From positions 158,534,001 to 158,598,000 of the forward strand of contig OX597816.1 in the NCBI GenBank assembly GCA_951406725.2: 64,000 nt of DNA. The letters are read 5' to 3'. This DNA is from Octopus vulgaris (Eukaryota). Of this stretch, positions 11,493 through 25,033 are shown piece by piece. The notes under the pieces are model-generated. The model was not told the DNA's origin. It searched no databases and was given only the letters and a program-made list of their open reading frames with translations. Position 1 is the first letter of the stretch; each line of letters starts with the position of its first letter. A program made the position numbers and the translations under genes.

Positions 11493-13728
11493 CTGAAGGA
11501 AAATGAAAGAACAAATAATAAGATACATTAGAAGTATGTATATGACTGAAAAAAGGTTTTAACTCTTTTGAGGATCATGGACAAAATATGCAACAAATGA
11601 AAAGTGCTGCAACCAGCAAACACAAAAAGATCATTATTTCAACTATTTAAAAGAATGAAAGCAAAAGTATTTGGTCATATATTAAGAGCACAAGGTACAT
11701 ACAAACTATTACAGCTACAACATTGATTTTTTTGGAATCTTAGGTCATAAAGTCTTTTTGGATTACTGATTTTTCTAAACTAAGGGTAAGCACCTTGGCC
11801 AACACACTCTAAATTAAGCAAATATGAAACTTAAATAATTAAATGAAATAGAGGTATCTGAATATAAGTGTAAATTAGTGTGGATTATAAGTGTCTAGAA
11901 AGCTGGTGTTGCCCCCGTACTAGAAGGTAAAATAAATGGTTAACACTGGAGAGCAAGACCTAGTTTGATTACATCAAGAACTGGACTTAAACTAACATAT
12001 GATGAATGTGTTAAAAAGTGCAGAGAAAAAAACCCAAATGCAGTTCCTTGATATTCAGCTTGCTCAGAGCAAATGATATGTAATGAATGAATATATAACA
12101 CTGAACAAGACCATGCACACAAATACAAACAAACAACCACTTCCACCATCGTTCTTATGTTTGCTTTTCCATGCTGGCATGGGTTGAGTGAAACTTTTTG
12201 ATGCAGTGTTTTATGATTGAACACCCTTCTTAATGGCAACCTTTTTTGTTACTTTTTTTGGCATACAGGGATATGGTATACTTATTCTAAAAACCAAGAC
12301 AGATACAGACACACACAGTATAAAACCCACAATAAATATGTTAAAAAAAGGTATGAAAGAGGTAACCAATTATATATTATTTCAAAACAAGACTTCAATA
12401 CTTTACTGAAGTGCAATAGAAATACTTGAAGAAAATGATGATGTGCAAAATAAAAATCTTAAACAAGATTTACTGGTTAGCTTAATTACCACTTGAAGGA
12501 TGATGATGATGATAATTTATTTCTAACACATTTGGTGAGTGGGGAGAATATATAGCCAATTAAATTGCCTTCAGTACTTGACTGCTACTTATTTCATTGA
12601 GATCAAAAGAATGAAAAAGAAGTTAAACTTGATAAGATTTCAACCCAGAAATGTAAAAAGAATTAAATACAGCAAAGCAATTTTTCAGTTGCTCTAGCAA
12701 TTTTATCACTTTACATTGTTCCTAATATATATCAAAGTGCAGAATATGTAATGAACACAATTGAAGATACCATTCATGGTTAACCAGACCTTTCAAAGTC
12801 AGAATATATCCACAGCAACACTGATGTTGGTCCTTCGGGCAAGGACATTTCAATGTGAAAACTGAGAAGAAATGGTAGTGGCCTGCTTTAACATGGTACA
12901 TGATAATGGATTGGTGACAATAATCTGGAACATGTGCGTCCAATGAGATCAAAGTGAATCATCCTGATAAATCATCAAAGACAGAAAGAGAACCACTGAG
13001 TTCTGAGAGCTATTTGAATCCCTTCTCACAAAAGGTTTGTTTGGAAGGAAATTAAGAAGCTACCAAGGTACAAAGATCTTGAAATGGAAATAAACAGGGT
13101 GTGGGAGAAAACAGTAAAACCAGTACCAATAGTAATTTGGTTGTGGTAGCCATGTGTCTCCTCTACAGCAAGACATTTGTTTCCATCTCTCTATCATAAA
13201 TTTAAACCTCTCATCACCTGGCACAAAACCACTTCTCTCAATACTACTTACTCCCCCTCTCAGTTGAAGAGTTTTTATGTTGCAAGTTACTTGGTGACCT
13301 TGCTGACGCTGGCACCATGTAAAAAAATGCACCCAGTACATTCCGTGAAGTGGTTAGTGTTAGGAAGGGCATCCAGCCATAGAAGCCATGCCAAAGCAAA
13401 CAGTAGAGCTTGACACAGTCCTCTAACTTGCCAGCGCCTGTCCAATCACCCGACCCATACCAGCATGGAAAACGGATGTTAAAAGATGATGATGATAACT
13501 ATACTAAGGCTTACAGTACTGCAAATAATAATAATAATAATAACAAAAAAACACTTTCCATACAATAACCATCAGAGCATCACAACAAATCACAGCACAT
13601 ACCCAAGGCACACAGAGCTGCGCTCGGTAGTGAAGTGAAAGCACACTATAAAAATAAAACTACTGAAGAAGAAGAAGAAGAAGAAGAACAACAACAACAG
13701 CAACAGCAACAACAACAACAACAACAAC

Positions 13729-14030
13729 AAGTGCCTAATAATCGATGTAGCAGTGCCAGGAGATCAACATATCATGAAAGAAAGAGAAAAAGTTGATAAA
13801 TATGGAGACATGAGAATTGAGATTGCTAGGATGTGGCAGCCATGAGAGTCGAGCATAAAAGTTATCCCTATTGTCATCAGAGGATTGGGTTCAATACCAC
13901 CCAATCTGAAAAAAACACCTGAAAACCTTAGAGATACCGTACAATCTAGGTGTATTGCAAAAGTCGGCATTACTTGGAACTGCACGCATATGCATATTGT
14001 GTAAAGTACTGTCTGTCTGAGGTCCTTGCC
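13729..14030 (+). mobile_element. Decayed R4/Dong-like LINE fragment (restriction-like endonuclease region)
   Basis: KCLIIDVAVPGDQHIMKEREKVDKYGDMRIEIARMW(stop)...KVIPIVIRGLGSIP, then a frameshift to LQKSALLGTAR. Confidence 0.85.
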
Positions 14031-15272
14031 ATGACTTGACAGACAGTACAATACCCCGGTAGATACAATATCTTCAATCAACAATCTCACAATATTGAAT
14101 ACTATGCAAAGCCCTGATAGATATAGCCCACTTGTGAAAGTTTCATTTCAATAACAATTTATACAGTATACTTTTAGCACAGCTCACATGCTGTACAAAA
14201 TAATCACCCACATTTTACACATGGAAATTGGATGTAAGAGATAATAATGATAATAGCTATACTCTTACATAATTGACACCCAACACGATAATACATCCCA
14301 CGCATCACCGATAATTCACACAATTTGCATACCCACACAATAATTGCTACCACCCAAAATTATAAATAAATGCACACAACACACATGAAAATACAATCAC
14401 CATCCCATGCAGATAAACCTTTCACCTTTTAATACCTGACAAAATAACATGATTTCCATATTACATTCAACACAAGAAGTGAATAAAACACTAAAATAAT
14501 GCCAGAAACAACAAAAGAATTCCCACAACAATGCAAAATAAATGTAACAGAGAAATAAAATTCAACGGGCCACAATGACAATGCTGTGTGTACTTCAGTA
14601 CAAATGCCTGAACGATGTCATAAATAACAGTGGCAAACGAAAAATACACCGCTGATAGTTGTTGTTGACAAACAACGGCAGTAATTTTATTCAGTTAAAT
14701 GCATGTCATTGATTGTTTGAAATTACTGAAATATGACAACTTTAACATGAAATAATTTCGTAAATATAAGTTTTTCTCAAAAATGCTAAGAGTAAAAGAT
14801 GTTTTATATGACAGATTCTACTAGTGTCCGAAGTTTGAAAGTGTTTAGTTACAAAAAATTATTTTTTAAATCTGTCAGTCAAAAGGTAAAGATACGACAA
14901 TGATGATGATGGCATAATAACAAGAAAAAACAGTGTCAAATTTAAGTACAAAACAGTTTTGAAGGGGAGGAGTTAGTTGATACTGTGAATCCCAGTATGT
15001 TACTGTACTTTATTTCCCTGACCCTCAAAGGATGGGAGGCAAAACTGACCATGGCCGGATTTGAATGCAGAAGAAATATTACAAAGCATTTTGTCTAATG
15101 CCCTATATTCCGCCATATTGTTGCATGTAATGATAATAATAAGCCTTTCTACTCTAGGCACAAGGCCTGAAATTTGGTGGAGGGGACTAGTCAATTACAT
15201 CGACCCCAGTATGCAACTGGTACTTATTTCCAATCCCCCCACAAACAAATCAACCCTTAAACCAATAATTAC

Positions 15273-15422
15273 CTTTGTAAAGCCATCCTTTAGTAAACTG
15301 GGATTAATTGGTTCATGTGTTTGCCGAGAGACTTTCAAAGATTCACAGAGGTACTCCTTCCAAAATTTACTGTTGGCTGCAAACACTTCAACAATATTAC
15401 TAAACAACATTTCTATATCAAT
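15273..15422 (-). CDS. RhoGEF exon D: IDIEMLFSNIVEVFAANSKFWKEYLCESLKVSRQTHEPINPSLLKDGFTK
   Basis: ccttttcag-type acceptor before ATT, AAG|gtaatt donor, 150 bp, phase 0/0. Contains the LFSNI motif of DH CR2. Confidence 0.95.
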
Positions 15423-15739
15423 CTGAAAAAGGAAGAAATATGAAATTTGGTCAGAATATGAAATACAATGACAGAGATGGGAATGCACAGGAGTTTGGTG
15501 AAGAAGAAAGAATATATGTAGTTTGTGTTGAAAAAAAAGAAAAAAGAAAAAGAACAAGAATTCAGTTTGCTTTGGTTTATGTAATGTAAAAACACTGCAT
15601 TTACTCTATAATTGCCCATGGGCATAGAGTGTAATGGCTAAGAGCACAGACTGCTAACCCTAAGATTGCAAGTTCAATTCCAGGCACCAACATCAGTTGT
15701 CAAGCGATGGTAGGGGGACAAACACAGACACACACATAG

Positions 15740-15797
<58 letters not shown>

Positions 15798-16772
15798 TCA
15801 AAAATATATATGACGGGATTCTTTCAGTTTCCATCTACCAAATCCACTCACAAGGCTTTGGTCAGCCCGAGGCTATAGTAGATGACAAATGCTCAAGGTG
15901 CCATGCAGTGGGACTGAACCTGGGACCATGTGATTGGTAAGCAAGCTGCTTACCACACAGCTGCTCCTGTGCCTGTTTCTAATTTAGACATGAGGCCAAT
16001 AGTTTTGAGGTGAGGGATTGGATGATACCTAATATTTAGCTGATGCTATTTTACAAGTCCCAAAAAAGATGAACTGCAAAGATGACATCAGCAGGATTTG
16101 AACTCGGCATGTAAAGAGACAGAAGAAATACCAAAAAGTTGCTGTGGATATTTTGTTCCCAGGTCAAATAATTTATACAGTGTTTCAAATTCAACAAAGC
16201 ACAGAAAATGTTTTTTTTTTATTTCTGGTTAAAACATCTATTACCAGTGAAGAACGATTATTCTAGGGAAGTGGGATGAAACTCAATGCTATAAGACATT
16301 TAACACAAAACTATTGTTGAGACAACAGCCTAGGTTTATATCCACTCTTATCTTGTAAGATCTGGTAGTTATGGATGGTTGGATTATGTTTCACTGATGA
16401 GACTTAATAAGACTGAAACAGGACTAATGTCATCCCTGTACAACCAAAAATCAGACTAGTCACCCATGCATGCTATTTTAGATTAATTTAAATTCCATGG
16501 TTGTCTCCACTAGTTTCTCTTGACCAGAATCAATTACTAAAATGACTGATTTCTCTCGTTTCAATGGGTGTGATTTTAATTAATTAAAATATTTTACCTT
16601 ACTACATTAATTACGTGAACAAATACTTCAGAAAGTAATAAGCAAAAAATTTAGTGTAGACTATAATTTTTTCCATATTATATTTAAGAAGAAAATAATT
16701 GCCAAACAAAATGATAAACAAATAAACACACACACATGCATACATGTAGAGAGAGAGATGAAACTTATTTAC

Positions 16773-16829
16773 CTCTTTCATGACACCAGGCAGTTCCTTT
16801 TGTACAGCTTGAAGGCAACTCCTAAATCG
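16773..16829 (-). CDS. RhoGEF exon C: RFRSCLQAVQKELPGVMKE
   Basis: aatttcag|CGA acceptor, GAG|gtaaat donor, 57 bp, phase 0/0. Fills the expected gap (PLEKHG5 LFLCCLLNLQESGLLCE) between exons B and D. Confidence 0.85.
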
Positions 16830-16889
16830 CTGAAATTTGAAAACAGAAAATGGATAACTAAATCGACAAAAGAGAATAGGGCTCTCATG

Positions 16890-17159
16890 CAGTGGTGGAC
16901 TGGGTCTAAAAATATGGCTGTCAGGAGACTAAGGGGGCCCACCCGCAACTACAAGGGGGGCCACCTGAAACTACAATGCTATCATTTAACTTTTTTTGTT
17001 AAAAGTATTTTTCTCAACCGTCTACAAACATAGCCAAGCATTCTTCCAGGAGTGAATAAAAAATTCTCAAACTTGAGGGGATGGGCCCCTTAGATACTAA
17101 CACGGGCCCCCATATATGGATTCTAATGGTGCAGGGGCCCACTTGCCATTCCACCACTG
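16890..17159. mobile_element. MITE with 10-bp TIR CAGTGGTGGA (hAT-like)
   Basis: cagtggtgga ... tccaccactg, flanked by ctcatg on both sides; GGGGCCC motifs inside. Confidence 0.72.
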
Positions 17160-17438
17160 CTCATGTGTTTGGAGCAAGGGTGTAGTTTGTTATATCAACC
17201 TCAATAGTTAACTGGTATTATTTACATGAGATCAGTATCTACTCTCATCTTCCTCTAAATGAGGGGTATGAAGATAGTAAGGACTTGGTTGAAGAAGGGA
17301 GTCTCTACCCTCAGTCTTTCAATCTTATCCACTGTATAATTTCTTTTGCCATTGCCACCAGATCTGTGTTTCTCATGGCCAGTATGCGCGTTCCATGAAG
17401 ATTGAAAAGGAGGGAGACAAGCTAATTGCTATGTTTAA

Positions 17439-17658
17439 CCCTTTCGTTACCGTATTTATTTTGAGATGCTCTGTGTTTCTTTGAATTACTTTAAATATAA
17501 CAAAGAATTTAGTAAAATAACTTGGTTATCATTCAGCTACTGTTACGAACATAAATTGTGACTAAGGTTTGGTGGAAGATTTTAATTCAAAATTTATGAA
17601 AACAAGACATTTGTATTCAGAGCCAGAGCCGGTTTCAGCTGGGTTGGTAACGAAAGGG
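17439..17658. mobile_element. piggyBac-type MITE (family E, 220 bp)
   Basis: TTAA|CCCTTTCGTTACC ... GGTAACGAAAGGG|TTAA: perfect 13-bp TIR and TTAA TSD. Confidence 0.93.
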
Positions 17659-20395
17659 TTAATAATATCAAGAGTGTTTCAAATTTTTTTAACTTGTCCT
17701 ACACTACAGTGAAGATGAATCAGGCTGTAGCATAGGACATTCGAGGAAAAAAAGAAATGAACCAAAAGTTGGCCATTATAAAGAGAAGTTGCTGATCCCT
17801 CTCCTAAAAAAAAAAAAAATTTACAATAGCTTATGGAGGAGATGACAAAGGTGTGAGATATATGGAGCATCACTATACTCAAGAAGACCCATCTGTCACA
17901 ACAGAATTCATCATCATCATCATTTAATGTCAATTGTCCATGCTGTTCTTGGGTTGGATGGTTTGACTGGGCTGGCACACTGGAAAGCTGTGCCAGGCTC
18001 CTGTCTGATTTGGCATGGTTTTCTACTGCTGGATGCCCTTCCTAATGACAACCACTCTGAGAGTGTAATGGGTGCATTTATGTACCATCGGCACGGGTGC
18101 CATTTGTGTGACACCGGTATTTGCCACGACTGCGATTTTGCTTGGCTTAACGGGTCTTCTTCTCAAGCACGACATAATGCCAAAAGTCTTGGTCATTGCC
18201 TTCATGAGGTCCGGCACTCGAAAAGAGCTTGGCTACTTTGCCTCCATGACGCCCAATGCTTGAAAAACTATGGCTCCTCTTAAAAAGTGCTGGTGCAACG
18301 TAAAGAACATCCAGTACACTCTGTGAAGTGGTTGGCATTAAGAAGGGTATTCAGTTGTAGAAACCGTGTCAAAACAGACAATGGAACCTGGTGCAGCCTC
18401 TGGCCTTGCCAAAGTTGGTCAAACAATGCAACCCATGCTAGCATGGAAAATGGACGTTAAATAATAATGTTAGGTATTGCTTACCTTTCTCTGACTAAAT
18501 CAAGAGTTGTAACAAGTAACAAGAAAAAAGGAAAGAAAGTTCAAAGTTAAAACACAGTTATAATTTATCTGCATATTATTTGCATATTCATGTATTGTTT
18601 ATTGAGTAGAATAATCACTGAACTTATAAACTTTTTCCAATAACCTGCCCAATTTGAGATGTTTTTTCTTTTTTTTTTTTACACAGAAAAAAAAGAAGAA
18701 AAATCAATACAATTTCTACTGTTAGAGTAAGTTAATATTTCAGTCACAGCTGTAGAAATTTAAGAAAAAAATGGTGATAATTTAGAATGTGAAAAATTAA
18801 TGTTTCTTATTGCATACACTTGTGTGTGCGTGCGAAACAAAAAGAACATTAATTTTCCACATTTTATATTTTATCTTTTTTTCTTAAATATGTTTTTTTT
18901 TGTGTAATGCTAAGAGCTGATGAACAGTACCAGCATTTTTGACTTGAGTTAAATATAACAAACTACTGCAAATTGTTAGAGTATCCGCATAAGTAAAGAC
19001 AAGACCAACTAGAGGAAGGGTTATGTAATGGATGCATTTCCAATTATATCTTATGCAAACCTGAAAGTGTACATATTAATTGGTTTGACTTCATTATTAC
19101 AACAGTATACATAATGAATAGATAGAGATAAAGTATCCAGGCAGGTACTGTAGAATTAAATCCAATACCAGTTGTGTACTGGGGTTGATCTAACTGACTG
19201 GCCCCCTTCCCAAAAATTTCGGGCTTTGTGCCTAGAGTAGAAAAGAATTATATATCTATCTAAAAAGCACCTATACTGGTACCATGTAGAAAGTACCCCT
19301 TGCACCGCACCATTTCCAAACCCCTGTTTTACACAGTGAAATTAATAATTCCTGGAAGGAATTAGATGTGAATGAAGCTTAAAGCATTTGAGGAAGACTG
19401 ACTGAATGACTCATATTCAAACTTAATTTTGTGTTAAAAAATTACTATGTTAACATGGTAACAAAGCAACAATGCTCCACAATAAAGATGTAGCTCAGAC
19501 CTGAAAGCTATCTTATATGTGTATATCTAAAACACAATATTGTTCTGTTTGCACCTTGATCAGCCCTTAATGGTTAAAGAACCTTTTTTCTGTTACAGTT
19601 TTACTTCTTATGGGAAACAATACAAGAAAATGTAACATACGGATAAACCATAAGATAGAGAAATAATAATAAAAAGCTTATCATCATCATCATCATCATC
19701 ATCATCAGATGAAAATAATTTTAACTTTGGCATAAGGCCACAAATTTGGAGGCAGGGTATAGTCATTTGAAGTGACCCTGATACTTGAGAGATGCTTTTA
19801 CTGATCCAGAAAGGATGAAGGGCAAAATTGACCCTAAAAGGATGAAAGGCAAATGAGCCCCAGGAAGGATGAAAAGCAAAGGTGATTGTGGAAGAAACCT
19901 TTCTACTGGAGGCACAAGGCCTGAATTTTGGGGGAAGGGAATTAGTCGATTACATCAGCCCTAGTGTGTAACTGGTGCTTATTTCATCGACCCTGAAAGA
20001 ATGAAAGGTAAAGTTGACCCCGGCGGAATTTGAACTCAGTACATAGTGACATGCGAAATGTCACTAAGCCTTTTGCCCAGAGTGCTAATGATTCTGCTAG
20101 CTCACCACCCTTGACTGTCAAAGAATGAAAAGTGCAGTTGGCCCCACAAGAATGAAAGGCAAAGCTGAGACAAAAAGCTGGAAAACAAAGATCATTCTGG
20201 AAAGTTAAAAGGTAAAGTTGACCCCCGAAGGATGAAAAGCAAAGTTGACCTCAATAACATTTGAAATCAGAAAACAAAAATGCTTTAACTAAGTCTTGCA
20301 AGACATTTTGTTTATAATGATTCTGTGAATCCATGATATTCATTATTTTCATTCAGCGATTATCTGGAGAAATAATTCTGATTATAGTTACTTAC

Positions 20396-20491
20396 AGTTG
20401 TTATCACTTGAAGAGATTCTATGTATGTAATTTCTGTGCTAAGTAACTCCCATATCACTTCCTGTTGACTCTGGGTTTCTTTTGGAAGGTC
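20396..20491 (-). CDS. RhoGEF exon B, DH helix 1 (CR1): DLPKETQSQQEVIWELLSTEITYIESLQVITT
   Basis: tctttttag|GAC acceptor, ACT|gtaagt donor, 96 bp, phase 0/0. Carries the QQE-IWELL-TE--Y---L motif diagnostic of the DH domain start. Not in the ORF track. Confidence 0.95.
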
Positions 20492-20522
20492 CTAAAAAGA
20501 AAAAGCAAAAAGCATAAGTTAA

Positions 20523-21075
20523 CCCTTTTGGCCCAGCTGGTACATATTTGTACCAGTCAAAAATTTTACAACCCAAATCTTTAAAATTCCCATTCTATGT
20601 GATGCAGTATAGAACCACTCCAGTTTTTCTGATAAGTATGTAGCGCCAGACGTATGATCGGAATGTATGACACTATAATGACAGCTCAAAAGGCTCACAT
20701 GCGTACACCCTGCCCCAGCTATTACCAATTTCAGAAAAAATTCTTGAGGAAAGAATTCTGGGTTGAAAGTACAGTTGGTAATAACTTAAGTTATTTTCAA
20801 TAAATCCTTTTCTATTTGTAGAATGTGTGTTTTAAATAGCATTGGCTGTGATGCTCAAGTCCAAATGTAGGTTAAATTCCCAGGTAATCACAATAGGCTT
20901 TAATGTAGCTTGTAGTGTTCCTCCTGGTTTTATTGCAGGAAATATTGCCCTAAGATTTAGTGCTCAAAACCTTTGGTCCTCATTTAAAAAAATATATAAA
21001 TAAATAAATAAAAAACAGTAGCTATTTCTCAAGGACTACTTGGTTGTTACATAATGTGGGTAAAATTTGAAAGGG
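20523..21075. mobile_element. piggyBac-type non-autonomous element (about 550 bp)
   Basis: TTAA|CCCTTT ... AAAGGG|TCAA; its distal ~280 bp is repeated at 23408-23677. Confidence 0.68.
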
Positions 21076-21626
21076 TCAATAATAGTTTCAAATTTTGGCA
21101 CAATGCCAGCAAGTTCAGGGGAAGGGATAAGTTAATTATATTGATCCTGGTGTTCAGCTGGTACTTATTTTATTGACCCCGAAAGGATGAAAGGCAAAGT
21201 TGACCTCGGCAGAATTTGAACTCAGAACATAAAAATGGACAAAATACTACTAAGTATTTCATCTAGCATGCTAATGATTCTGCCAGCTTGTTGCCAGAAG
21301 CTTAAGTTAATAACGGTAATAATTGTTTAAATTTTGGTATAAGGTCAGCTGTTTGGGTGTTCAGCTCAGTTGATTACATTGACTCCTGTACTTGACTAGT
21401 ACTTGATTTTATCAACCCCAGAGGAATGAAGGACAAAGTTGTCCTTGGTGGGATTTGAGTTTTGCATGTAAAGAGCTAGAAGAAATGTGCTAAGCATTTT
21501 GAAGTGCTCATGGCTCTGGCATCATAATTTTAATGCTTACTTTTTCATGCTCGCATGGGTCAGGTGAAGAGAAATACAAACTCACACACACACAAACACA
21601 CATATGACAGGCTTCTTCCAGTTTCC

Positions 21627-21858
21627 TATTTCTTTTACTACCCACAAGGGGCTAAACACAGAGAGGACAAACAAGGACAGACAAACAGATTAAGTCGATT
21701 ATATTGACTCCAGTACGCAACTGGTACTTATTTAATCGACCCCGAAAGGATGAAAGGCAAAGTCGACCTCGGCGGAATTTGAACTCAGAACGTAGCGGCA
21801 GACGAAATACTCCTAAGCGTTTTGCCCGGCGTGCTAACGTTTCTGCCAGCTCGCCGCC
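21627..21858 (-). mobile_element. Full-length SINE family A with 12-bp TSD, nested in a family B SINE
   Basis: TSD cttccagtttcc at 21615-21626 and 21859-21870; tRNA-like head with a GAGTTCAAATTCC B box; many CpGs retained, suggesting a young copy. Confidence 0.93.
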
Positions 21859-24339
21859 CTTCCAGTTTCCGTCAACTAATTTCACTCACAAGGTATTGGT
21901 GGATCCTCAGAAATAGTACAGGACACTGTGCAGTGGGACTGAACCCCTAACTCTATGGATTGAAGGTGAATATCTTATCCACACCATCATACCTGCACGT
22001 ATAGTTATTTGTACGTAGAATATAATTACAAGAATTTAAGGAGACTATTGATAGCCTGTGTCTATCAATGCAAGTCAATACAAAGAATAGAAAAAAACAA
22101 ATTAAGAAGATAAATGATGTGTCAGTTAGTTTGCCTTGATATAATATCTACCATTTCAAAGGAAAAAAACGTCCTTCATTGGTGGAGTATACACTATCTC
22201 TTGCTGATAAAGATATTGTCTCAGCTGCTGATAAACTAGTAAAACCACATAATTTACATGAACTGTATTAAAAAGCAGAGCTGTGTTTTGTCCTCCATAT
22301 AACTGAAACATTTTTGTGAGGCTACACAGCCTTATTGTTGTTTAGCTCCAGGCCAGCACTGGTTAAGTAAACCTATGATCAAAGCATTCCAACCATGACT
22401 ATCCTGTCATTTGCCTAAGCAATGCTGCCCTTTAAGACTATATTATCCAATAAATTCCCTTTTTTAAGATGGTAATGTTTGACTGGAAGGAGATTTGGTT
22501 GCTATTTCTAGCAGGTCTAACTATCACAGAGAGACTCCTGCATAGTTGTACTATAGATTACCATTATACGATGCTGACTATGGAATATTTAAATATTATT
22601 TGAAATATATTTCTGGTATTTTAATATGTTGGTTGTAGTGATAAGTTTCCAAAATTCACACAGTCCTCCAGTGGATCATCTCATTATTTGTCTAAGAGCC
22701 CTTTGGGAGCTGGCATGCCATGATTGATTAAATATGTGATCATGGTACACTAGAACAATATTCGTTTTTTGGGGGTTTAAAAAATATTTTTCCTTTTTCT
22801 TTTGACCTTCACATTTAAATCATTCTGAACTTCACCATGTAAAAGGGATAAGCTAAAAGATTAGGTAGACTGAAAATAACTATTAAAGATATATGGAATA
22901 CAGAGAATTTCAGATTTGACACTGTTGGAGTTACTGACACCATGAGAATTGGGAGAACCAGGTAAAAACCAGCTTAAACAGGAAATAAATCAGCCAATCA
23001 GAATAGAGATTTCTCATCATTGCAGTATCGGTTTGTTTACAAACGTCTGCTCAGAGATAAGGTGTTCTTTGGAATAATTTTAATCAATTTTAATCAGGTG
23101 CATCTGGAGAGGAAATGCAAAAGTGTAGGATGTTCGCATCTGCAGAGATACTGCAGGAATTAGATAGACAGTTCTGATGAGGATGAATTAGAATTCAACA
23201 AATTTATCCCAAAGATGATTTAGAATCAGTTGATAAGTATGGAAGTTTTGAAGTTGAAGACAAAACAAGAGGTGTTATTCATGTTTCACAAACTGGAAGC
23301 AATATTACTGCAATAAAAGAAAGACTGGCAACACATCAAAATGTAATACTGGAATTAGACAGAAGACGTGTCAAGTTTAAATAAGAACCTAAGTTTTTAT
23401 GCTTCTGTTAAGTTATTTTCAATAAATCCTTTTCTATTTGCAGAATGTGTGTTTTAAATAGCATTGGCTGTGATGCTCAAGTCCAAATGTAGGTTAAATT
23501 CCCAGGTAATCGCAATAGGCTTTAATGTAGCTTGTAGTGTTCCTCATGGCTCTATTGCAGGAAATATTGCCCTAAGATTTAGTGCACAAAACCTTTGATC
23601 CTCATTTAATAAAAAAACAAAACAAAAACAGTGGCTATTTCTCAAAGAATATTTGGTTGTTACATAATGTGGGTAAACTAACTATAAAACTACTACTTTG
23701 GTTTATTAGTTTATTGTTAAACAATGGGAGCAATAATCACTTTAGACCTTTCAGCAAGATATAATTTGATCCCTCTGCTGTATATGAAATTAGTAAAGCA
23801 TTGCCTTTGAGCTGTCAACTCAATATGAGATTATGATTTCAGTTAATTATTACATACGGTGAAATTTTAGCTACTAGTTGCAAGCGAACACAAATCTTCT
23901 CTTTCTGCTGTCTAGTGTTGTCTTATAATTCAAGTGACTTTTACATCACAGCTACATATAATTAGTATTTTAATCATGACAATGCCGGTTTTATGAGAAA
24001 AATACTTGTTTGTGACTTTCTCCTTATTAAAATATTCCGTCCTCATTCATAATGCAAAATGAAGATGTAAAAGAGAAAGAAGAGAAAGGAAAACAGAAGG
24101 ACAAGGTCAGTAAATAATTATGTAGTGAGAAATGGTGATGGTTGTTAGGTGAAATATTTCTATGGAAATTATGCGGTACATGTTGTTGTTGTTTGGCTTA
24201 GTCTGATAACAATAGGATGCTGTCACAATACTAAAGAAGTCAAAAGATATGACTCTTTGTTAATTTGTCATATCTCTCAGCCAGCATACACCTGGTATTA
24301 CAGGGCACAGAAACACCACTCTCCATATTAAACAACACC

Positions 24340-24374
<35 letters not shown>

Positions 24375-24995
24375 GAAATATGTAATCTTCAAATGGAGAT
24401 AACACCTGCTTGACAAAGCCAACACACACAAACAAATTAATCATTCCATAACTGTTGATTTATGTTAAATAACAGCATAGTTTGCATTCCGGCAGGTGAG
24501 CTACAGAAACAAAGAAGATAACAAAAAAAAAAAACCAAAACAAAACAAAAAAATTCAAGGAGAAGATCTGATGAATACATTCTTCCCATGAGACTGAAGT
24601 GTGGAAAAAAAAAAAAAAAAAAGACAGAGATTGTTTACATTTTTAGTTTACTCACAGTAAGGCTCAAATGGTGTTGTGCATAAAATGCACATTGTTTAAT
24701 CAATGTGTCATAAAAAGTACAAATATGCAAATTAGGCTATTCATTAATGTACTAGCCTCATTCATGACTATTTTTTATAACAGCTGTCTGTGTTATGGAT
24801 TAGGGAGGGAAGCTGGCTATGTATTCTGAGGAGTAGTTAACAAATAGTGAAACAGTCCATTAGGAGACTCCCTCCCTGTTTTTTGTGCATCAATAATACA
24901 GAAAGAATTTATTTACATTTTTAGTTTATCACAGTGAGGTTGTGTAATATTTAAATTTATTCCAGTTCTTTAGATTCACACTGTTTGCATTATTA

Positions 24996-25033
<38 letters not shown>

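Noticed and set aside
16393-16436. Hammerhead-like motif CTGATGAG...GAAAC...GTC
   Set aside because: Core boxes and a short stem III are present, but stem II is mispaired and stem I cannot close next to the core; at best a dead relic.
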